Part shown: positions 58,340 to 64,000 of the stretch, piece by piece
Layout of the letters: each line of letters starts with the position of its first letter
Position numbering within the stretch: the first letter of the stretch is position 1
DNA from: an uncultured Bacilli bacterium
GTDB lineage: Bacteria; Bacillota_I; Bacilli_A; RF39; UBA660
Length of the DNA: 64,000 bases
Direction of reading: 5' to 3'
Assembly (NCBI GenBank): GCA_944358505.1
Contig: CALVRG010000027.1
Coordinates: 3,872 to 67,871, forward strand
The notes under the pieces: generated by a model
The model's database searches: none
Seen by the model: the letters and a program-made list of their open reading frames with translations, nothing else
What the model was told of the DNA's origin: nothing
Made by a program: the position numbers and the translations under genes

Positions 58340-59374
58340 TTAAAATGTATTAGTTCTATTTCTTAAAATAGGAACATGGTCTTGATATGTCCCTTTAATA
58401 AATGCCATTTCAGAAGATAATAATTGCATAATTATAACTGCTTCATAATAAGCATAAATGCTTATCTTTTCATCTATTAAAATGGCTCTATCACTAATAT
58501 TTGCAATTTCTTCATCATTAGTAATTACATAAGTTTTAGCTTCGGTATCTTTTAAATAAGTAACAATTTTTTTTATATCAGAATTAGTATTACTATCAAT
58601 TGCAAATAAAATTACAGGATATTTACTACTAGTACAAGCTAAAGGACCATGACAAAATTCACTAGCTTTAAATGAAATTACAGGTACTAAAATAGTTTCC
58701 ATAAGCTTTAAAGCAAATTCTTTAGCAATAGAGTAGCTATAACCCCTGGAAATAGAAAATCCCATTTCCATATTAACTAATTCTTTAGCCATAATTTTAA
58801 CACTGTCGTAATGATTTAATCCTTTTTTTATTGCCTCAAGATACTTATCATCATCAAAATTATCTTCTTCATCACTTAAATATAAAGCAAGTTTTGTTAA
58901 GATGTATAAAGTTGTTGTAAACCCTTTAGTAGCAGCACCTGACTTAGCTTCACCAATCTCGTTAAAAATATGCTTATCAGTTGCTTCTGCAACCAATGAA
59001 TTAGGATTATTAGTAATAGCCATAGTATAGGCACCACTTTCTTTTGCTTTTTTTAAAACAGTACTTACATCATATCCTTTACCAGATTGGGATATAGCAA
59101 TAACAACTGTATTAGATAAATCTAAATTTTTATCATAAACAGTGAAAATGGAAGGGTCAGCCATCTCGACAGGTTTCTTATAGTGTAATTCTAAAAAATA
59201 TTTACCAAATATTCCCCCATGAGTAGAAGTACCTCTTGCCACTATCATAATATTTTTAGGATTAAACTCTTTAATTTCCTCAGCAATAGCAGGAATTACT
59301 TCTTTATTTTTATTAATACAATTTTCTAAAGCACTAATTTCTCTAATTTCTTTTAACATATTAGTATCATTCAT
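58340..59374 (-). CDS. SIS-domain sugar-phosphate isomerase/deaminase (AgaS/GlmS-C-like, two SIS domains)
   Basis: SIS motifs (VARGTSTHGG, ISQSGKGYD) in a 344-aa product. It is convergent with the mannose-family PTS operon. Confidence 0.65.
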   Translation of the reverse strand: MNDTNMLKEIREISALENCINKNKEVIPAIAEEIKEFNPKNIMIVARGTSTHGGIFGKYFLELHYKKPVEMADPSIFTVYDKNLDLSNTVVIAISQSGKGYDVSTVLKKAKESGAYTMAITNNPNSLVAEATDKHIFNEIGEAKSGAATKGFTTTLYILTKLALYLSDEEDNFDDDKYLEAIKKGLNHYDSVKIMAKELVNMEMGFSISRGYSYSIAKEFALKLMETILVPVISFKASEFCHGPLACTSSKYPVILFAIDSNTNSDIKKIVTYLKDTEAKTYVITNDEEIANISDRAILIDEKISIYAYYEAVIIMQLLSSEMAFIKGTYQDHVPILRNRTNTF

Positions 59375-59536
59375 TAATAATCATCTCCTTACTTTAATTG
59401 TATCACATAATAATAAAGTTAGTATTAGTAAATTTCTAATATTAATATTTACTTTTTTCATCAATAAATTATTTATTAAGATACTAATTTTTCTTAAATT
59501 AACCTAAATGAAAATAAAAAAAGAAAATTAATTCTT

Positions 59537-60463
59537 TTACTTTTCTTTTGCAATTAAAACTATTTCTGTAGGAAAAATATTACCTCCATAATATCTTAAA
59601 TAAAAGTTATAATTATTATTAATATCTTTAATTAATTTAGGTAATCTAATTAAATCATTAAATCCATGATAAATAGAAATTAAAAGAGTAGGTTTATCAT
59701 TTTTAATATGATTAATAGAGCCAAGTAAAGCTTTATATTCAGATCCTTCTATATCCATCTTAATAATATCTATTTTTTCTTCTATATCTAAATCAAGTGT
59801 AACAGCCTGTATTCCTTCATTGTTTTCTATTATAGTATTAGCAGAAGTATCTACCATACTAGTATTAACAACAACATTTGTTTCTTTATCATATAACGCT
59901 TTGTTTTTGACAATAATATCTTTATTAAAAGTAAACTTATCTTTTAAAGTAGCTAAAGAAGTATCAGTAACCTCATAACAATATATTTTCTTATATTCTT
60001 CTAAATAAGAATCAAGAAAATCATCAACACTATCTCCAATATAAGTCCCCACATCAACATAAATAGTATCCTTATTAGTAGTAACTAAATCAAGATCAAA
60101 GTAATGCTTATAACAATCATCTTTAACCTCCTTTAATAAAGTAAAGTCATAATAATAATAATTTTTTAAAATAGCAAGTAATATTTTCTTTGATTTATAA
60201 TCATGGAGATTTTGATAAAGACTAACTAATTCATTTAAATTGTTTTTAAGAAAACTACTTACATTAATTAATTCATCATAAATATTATTATTAGTATCTA
60301 ATTTGCCCCAAAAAGTAAAATTATTAAGAAACGTTTCTATATTACTTCTTAAATCTTTATTTAAAGATAAAAATTTCTTCTTAATATTTAAATAAATATC
60401 TTCTTTCTTCATTAGTTCTAACTTTTTAATTAAACTAAAAAAATCATAATCAATTTTATTCAT
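59537..60463 (-). CDS. FkbM-family methyltransferase with an about 130-aa N-terminal extension
   Basis: C-terminal FkbM pattern (IYVDVGTYIGD...IIKMDIEGSEYKAL). 308 aa. Confidence 0.55.
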   Translation of the reverse strand: MNKIDYDFFSLIKKLELMKKEDIYLNIKKKFLSLNKDLRSNIETFLNNFTFWGKLDTNNNIYDELINVSSFLKNNLNELVSLYQNLHDYKSKKILLAILKNYYYYDFTLLKEVKDDCYKHYFDLDLVTTNKDTIYVDVGTYIGDSVDDFLDSYLEEYKKIYCYEVTDTSLATLKDKFTFNKDIIVKNKALYDKETNVVVNTSMVDTSANTIIENNEGIQAVTLDLDIEEKIDIIKMDIEGSEYKALLGSINHIKNDKPTLLISIYHGFNDLIRLPKLIKDINNNYNFYLRYYGGNIFPTEIVLIAKEK

Positions 60464-60621
60464 TAAACTATCACCAATATAATTTATGTTTAATTAGAAT
60501 AATTTATTTGAATATAATATAAATAAAAAATCACATTATAAAAATTTATACTAATATAGTAGTTAATTTGACTTATAAATGTAAATAGTGTACAATACAA
60601 TTCACGTTAAGGAGGATTATT

Positions 60622-60918
60622 ATGATTAAAACTTTACTTTCTACATTAGCAACAAATACTACTTGCACTTCTTATGGAATTACTGCGAGCACTTTAAATG
60701 AAGATGGTCAATTAACCTTGCTTACTACATATGCTACCACTAGTAGTAGCATATTATCTAACTTTAATAATAGCACTACTATTGAAATAAATTGCGCTGA
60801 AGCTTATATTGAATCCCTATCAGTAGAAGAACTTGCAGAATTGACAACATTGGCAGATAACAAAATAAGTGAACTATCTGAAAACAATAGTATTGCAAAA
60901 ATTAAAATATTAAAATAA
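60622..60918 (+). CDS. Hypothetical small Thr/Ser-rich protein
   Basis: RBS AAGGAGGA. The 98-aa product has more than 35% T/S/N residues and two Cys, and no signal peptide. Confidence 0.25.
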   Translation: MIKTLLSTLATNTTCTSYGITASTLNEDGQLTLLTTYATTSSSILSNFNNSTTIEINCAEAYIESLSVEELAELTTLADNKISELSENNSIAKIKILK

Positions 60919-60959
60919 ACTAAAAAGTTTATTTATTTTTATAATTAAGGGGGTATTTT

Positions 60960-61796
60960 ATGCTAAATATTAAAGAAGATTTTATATTAATATTTAAAGC
61001 TAAAAAAATTGTTATCCCTAAAGGATTAACAGAAAAAGAACAACAAGAATATAAAAATAGAATATATAAACGCAAAAAAGAATTACATGAAAAATTAGGA
61101 GCTTTAAAATTTAGAGAGTTAGTATTTAAACTTGAAAAAATAAAGTTTAAAGTTATGAAAAAAATATGCCCAAATTTTATTTCATATTATGAAAAATGGT
61201 GTGATTTTAATACCAAAAGAATGTTAAAAAAAGCAAAAAATAATAACGAAGCAGAATTAATAGAATTTAACAATAAGTTGTCAAAATTAAAAATGCGTAA
61301 GGAATGGAATAAGGAAGAAAATAGAAATTATCATCTTGATAATAAATCTCCTTCACAAATCATTAATTATTTAAACTGGAATAAAATGGTTCATCAAAAC
61401 AATCTAAAAAAAGATGCAATAATTATACCTATACTTTGGTTAGGCACTTATTTTTCTTTTCCATTTGCACTACCTTTACTTATATTTAGTTGTGGAAGTG
61501 TTTTTATTAATTTACAGTGTATAAATTTACAAGAACATAGTATTGCAAAATATGAGTTATATAAAAAAGTATTAATAAAAAAAGAGCAAAGAAATTTGTT
61601 AAAACAAAAAAAGGAACATATTAAAGCAAAAAAAATGATGGGGAATATCATTTTAAAAAACAGAAAAATCTTAACTGTTGAAGAAATTGTAGAAAATATA
61701 AAAACAAAGGAACAAGCTGAACAAATTAGAGAATGGGCTTTGTCAATGTTAAATAAGAATAATATGACAGATTTTTCTAAAAAGAAAGTTAAATAA
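60960..61796 (+). CDS. Hypothetical Lys-rich protein with a central hydrophobic hairpin
   Basis: RBS AAGGGGG. 278 aa, very basic, with one pair of TM-like helices (IIIPILWLGTYFSFPFALPLLIFSCGSVFINL). Confidence 0.3.
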   Translation: MLNIKEDFILIFKAKKIVIPKGLTEKEQQEYKNRIYKRKKELHEKLGALKFRELVFKLEKIKFKVMKKICPNFISYYEKWCDFNTKRMLKKAKNNNEAELIEFNNKLSKLKMRKEWNKEENRNYHLDNKSPSQIINYLNWNKMVHQNNLKKDAIIIPILWLGTYFSFPFALPLLIFSCGSVFINLQCINLQEHSIAKYELYKKVLIKKEQRNLLKQKKEHIKAKKMMGNIILKNRKILTVEEIVENIKTKEQAEQIREWALSMLNKNNMTDFSKKKVK

Positions 61797-61844
61797 TTAA
61801 GTTTATATTTTTAGAATGTTCAATTAGAAAAATAAATCTAATTA

Positions 61845-62147
61845 TTATATATTTTTACTTATTTCAATTATTAAATCCATATTATCATCATTAGCCATAA
61901 TGTTTTTATGTATCTCATTACATTTTTTACATTTATAAACAATTTTATAAGTATCCTTAAATTTTTCAATGGAAATAGGTTTCAATAATCCTTTACATTT
62001 ATTAAACCTATCACCAGGCATGATATCAACGTGTTTAGAATAAAGACAATAAGGACAATGATCTCTTGCAGTATATTTTAAAGGTAATACTTTCTTACCA
62101 CAATTTTCGCAAATAAATTCTTCATCTTTCATTGTAAATCTTTTCAT
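61845..62147 (-). CDS. RNHCP-domain zinc-ribbon protein
   Basis: CENCGKK...CPYC...CKKC Cys pattern matching RNHCP. The start at 62147 has GAGGAG upstream; the track ORF extends to 62186. Confidence 0.5.
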   Translation of the reverse strand: MKRFTMKDEEFICENCGKKVLPLKYTARDHCPYCLYSKHVDIMPGDRFNKCKGLLKPISIEKFKDTYKIVYKCKKCNEIHKNIMANDDNMDLIIEISKNI

Positions 62148-62264
62148 AACAACTCCTCGTTTCCTATTAAAAATATTATATAACATATATCATATCTTTA
62201 TCAAATAATTTGAAAAAAGATATTATTGTTGATATAATTAATAAAGAAAGGTAAGGAGCTTACT

Positions 62265-62975
62265 ATGGATTTAAAATTAGAAGTATTTGAAGGACCACTT
62301 GATTTGCTCCTTCACTTAATTAAAGAAAATAAAATGGATATTTTTGATATAGAAATAGATTCTATTACTAAACAATATTTAGACTATATTCATAAAATGA
62401 AAGAACAAAATTTAGATATATCATCAAGTTATTTAGTGATGGCTAGTGAATTAACTTTAATAAAAGCAAAAATGCTATTACCAAAACCTAAAATAGAAAA
62501 AGAAGAGGAAGAAGTAGATCCAAGAGAAGAACTTGTTTCAAGATTGTTGGAATACCAAGCTTATAAAGAAATAACTAAAACATTAAAAGAAAATGAAAGT
62601 AAAAGGCAAAAAATACATACTAAATTACCGGAAAATATAAATAATTATATTAATAATGATACTACTATCAAAGGAGAAGGATCTATTGATTTATTAATAG
62701 ATGCTTTTAAAAAGTTTTTAGAAAGAAAAAATGAAGAGAAGCCACTTGCAACTAAAGTAACTATGAAAGAAATAACAGTATCATCTAGAAAACTAGAAAT
62801 AAGAAGCATCTTAAAAAAAGAAAAGAAAATAAGTTTCTTTAAGTTATTTCCAGTTACTACAAAAGAATATATAGTTGCAACATTCCTAGCAATACTAGAT
62901 ATGGCTAGGAAAAAAGAATTAACTATTAAGCAAGATGAATTATTTAGTGATATAACAGTAGAGGTGATGAAGTAG
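62265..62975 (+). CDS. scpA: Segregation and condensation protein A
   Basis: N-terminal ScpA motif (FEGPLDLLLHLIKENKMDIFDIEI). It immediately precedes scpB. Confidence 0.85.
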   Translation: MDLKLEVFEGPLDLLLHLIKENKMDIFDIEIDSITKQYLDYIHKMKEQNLDISSSYLVMASELTLIKAKMLLPKPKIEKEEEEVDPREELVSRLLEYQAYKEITKTLKENESKRQKIHTKLPENINNYINNDTTIKGEGSIDLLIDAFKKFLERKNEEKPLATKVTMKEITVSSRKLEIRSILKKEKKISFFKLFPVTTKEYIVATFLAILDMARKKELTIKQDELFSDITVEVMK

Positions 62976-63550
62976 TGAATTTAAAAGCAGTTATAGAAGG
63001 ACTCTTATTTGTAGTAGGTGATGATGGTCTAGATTTAAATGAAATTAGTAAAATAATACAAACTACTAAAGAAGAGACTAAAGAATTAATAAAAGAATTA
63101 CAAAAAGATTACCAAAATAATGATAGGGGTATTAGAATAGATTTTCTTGGAGATAAATTAAAATTAACTACCAAGAAAGAACATAATATTTATTACCAAC
63201 AACTACTTACTAATGAAGATAGTAATACACTAAGTCAAGCAGCATTAGAAACTCTTGCAATTATTGCATATAACCAACCAATTACAAGAGTTAAAGTGGA
63301 TGAATTAAGGGGAATATCTAATACTCATATTATAAGAAAATTAGTTGCTAAAGGACTAATTAAAGAAAGTGGACGCAGTAATTTACCAGGTAGACCTATA
63401 TTATATGAGACAACAAGCGAGTTTTTAGATTATTTTGGACTTTCATCTATTAATGATTTGCCTGATATGAGAGACTTTTTGCAAGAAGAAACAATAGTAC
63501 AAGAAGATGAAGTGGATTTATATCAGTCAAAATATAAAGAAGAAATTTAA
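62975..63550 (+). CDS. scpB: Segregation and condensation protein B
   Basis: Two winged-helix repeats (IEGLLFVVGDDGL, ALETLAIIAYNQPITR). The start overlaps the scpA stop. Confidence 0.85.
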   Translation: MNLKAVIEGLLFVVGDDGLDLNEISKIIQTTKEETKELIKELQKDYQNNDRGIRIDFLGDKLKLTTKKEHNIYYQQLLTNEDSNTLSQAALETLAIIAYNQPITRVKVDELRGISNTHIIRKLVAKGLIKESGRSNLPGRPILYETTSEFLDYFGLSSINDLPDMRDFLQEETIVQEDEVDLYQSKYKEEI

Positions 63551-63579
63551 ATAAAATATATACAGATTATAGAAAAATA

Positions 63580-63588
63580 TGCTATAAT
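63580..63588 (+). promoter_or_regulatory. Extended -10 promoter element (TGcTATAAT) upstream of the tRNA-Leu fragment
   Basis: TGCTATAAT ends 8 nt before the tRNA-like 5' end at 63597. Confidence 0.4.
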
Positions 63589-63596
63589 CTATTTAT

Positions 63597-63635
63597 GCCT
63601 GTATGGCGGAATTGGTAGACGCGGTAGACTCAAAA
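63597..63635 (+). other. 5' fragment (acceptor, D-arm, anticodon stem 5' strand and loop) of a tRNA-Leu(CAA)-like gene; truncated or pseudo tRNA
   Basis: GCCTGTATGGCGGAATTGGTAGACGCGGTAGACTCAAAA has a class-II-type D-arm and an anticodon loop CTCAAAA. The following sequence (GCCAGCATG...) cannot pair to complete the anticodon stem. No complement of the acceptor strand (TACAGGC) occurs downstream. Confidence 0.5.
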
Positions 63636-63696
63636 GCCAGCATGATATTAAAAAAAAACAAACTTGTATAATGTTGTACAAACTGTTGTATTTATA

Positions 63697-63728
63697 AGGG
63701 ATTGCTTGTATATTGGCAATCTCTTTTT
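63697..63728 (+). terminator. Rho-independent terminator downstream of the tRNA fragment
   Basis: agggattgc-ttgtatattg-gcaatctct, a 9-bp stem with one G:U pair, followed by tttt. Confidence 0.45.
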
Positions 63729-63846
63729 GTGTGTTTAAACTTGATTTAAGTGGGGAATTAGGTGGGATTATATCAAACCATTTTGATTATATTTGTATTA
63801 CATATTTACTTGTGGTAACATATGTAGCAAGGAAGTGAGGTAATTA

Positions 63847-64000
63847 TGAATAAAGAGATAAACGAATTAGCAAAAACAATTAATTCTAATGATTTAATAC
63901 TCGTAGGAGGAAGAACATACACTGGTAAGACATTTTTTAGTTTGAAATTAGCAAGTGAAATAGCAAGTGAAAATAATAAAAAAATATTATTTTTTAATTT
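63847..64000 (+). CDS. Partial ORF (runs off the window): P-loop ATPase of RecA/DnaB-C-terminal-like type
   Basis: RBS AAGGAAGTGAGG. MNKEINELAKTINSNDLILVGGRTYTGKTFFSLKLASEIA carries a Walker A motif (GGRTYTGKT) in a DnaB-helicase-C-terminal/AAA_25-like context. Confidence 0.4.

Noticed and set aside
60622-60918. Lanthipeptide/RiPP precursor
   Set aside because: Ser/Thr/Cys richness is suggestive. But there is no leader-like N-terminus and no LanB/LanC/LanM/YcaO/rSAM gene within about 5 kb, and only an FkbM methyltransferase is nearby. I kept it as a low-interest observation only.
63597-63728. A complete class-II tRNA-Leu, or a tRNA interrupted by a group I intron
   Set aside because: No downstream sequence can pair with the GCCTGTA acceptor strand or complete the anticodon stem. 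The region up to the window end is too short and too AT-rich for a group I intron core, and the only ORF there encodes a P-loop ATPase, not a homing endonuclease.
1-64000. CRISPR arrays, rRNA genes, IS elements/transposases, integrases
   Set aside because: I scanned intergenic regions and ORF translations. I found no regularly spaced identical direct repeats with unique spacers, no DDE/serine/tyrosine recombinase motifs, and no rRNA-like GC-rich blocks. The only dense repeat structure is the short TGTAAA array at 30231-30314.

Overview
This is a very AT-rich (roughly 27-29% GC by eye) chromosomal segment from a low-GC, endospore-forming Firmicute. It carries spoVAC/AD/AE, spoIVFA/B-like, CotY/CotZ-like and SpoVB-like genes, and its gene order resembles Bacillus/Clostridia core loci. 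Nearly all of the window is conserved housekeeping and sporulation content. In order: radC(partial)-mreC-mreD-spoIVFA-like-spoIVFB-like; tRNA-Ala(UGC) (minus strand); a GT4 glycosyltransferase; rodA (minus strand); two tandem CotY/CotZ-family cysteine-rich coat genes; a Cys-less EIIB-like membrane protein; an orphan multi-TM histidine kinase; yqeK; a spoVAC-spoVAD-spoVAEb operon; a short sporulation-type sigma factor; rlmN-prpC-prkC-rsgA-rpe; parE-parC (topoisomerase IV); a ylbD/E/F-like small-gene cluster and rsmD; a minus-strand operon of a SpoVB/MurJ-family flippase, an OmpR-type response regulator interrupted by a frameshift, and a histidine kinase; a DnaD-domain replication initiation protein (B. 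subtilis DnaB-like); tRNA-Arg(CCU); a lone HerA-like (DUF87) ATPase; sepF and a DivIVA-domain protein; a small alarmone synthetase (RelQ-like); a U32 peptidase; a 550-aa prepilin-type protein with its membrane partner; gatCAB; a degenerate-GGDEF membrane protein and a YihY protein; a VanY-type and a DacA-type DD-carboxypeptidase; ptsH-ptsI immediately followed by a complete mannose-family PTS (IIB-IIC-IID-IIA) and a convergent SIS-domain isomerase; an FkbM-type methyltransferase; scpA-scpB; and finally a promoter-driven 5' fragment of a tRNA-Leu(CAA) gene followed by a terminator and a partial P-loop ATPase ORF at the window edge. I found no CRISPR array, rRNA, transposase, integrase, or obvious toxin-antitoxin pair. 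I did not find a convincing multi-gene novel system. The points I think deserve a second look are a phased TGTAAA repeat array in a divergent promoter next to the frameshifted response regulator, a perfect SD-sequestering palindrome downstream of relQ, the tRNA-adjacent lone HerA-like ATPase, the orphan giant prepilin-like protein, and the truncated tRNA-Leu with possible foreign DNA after it.
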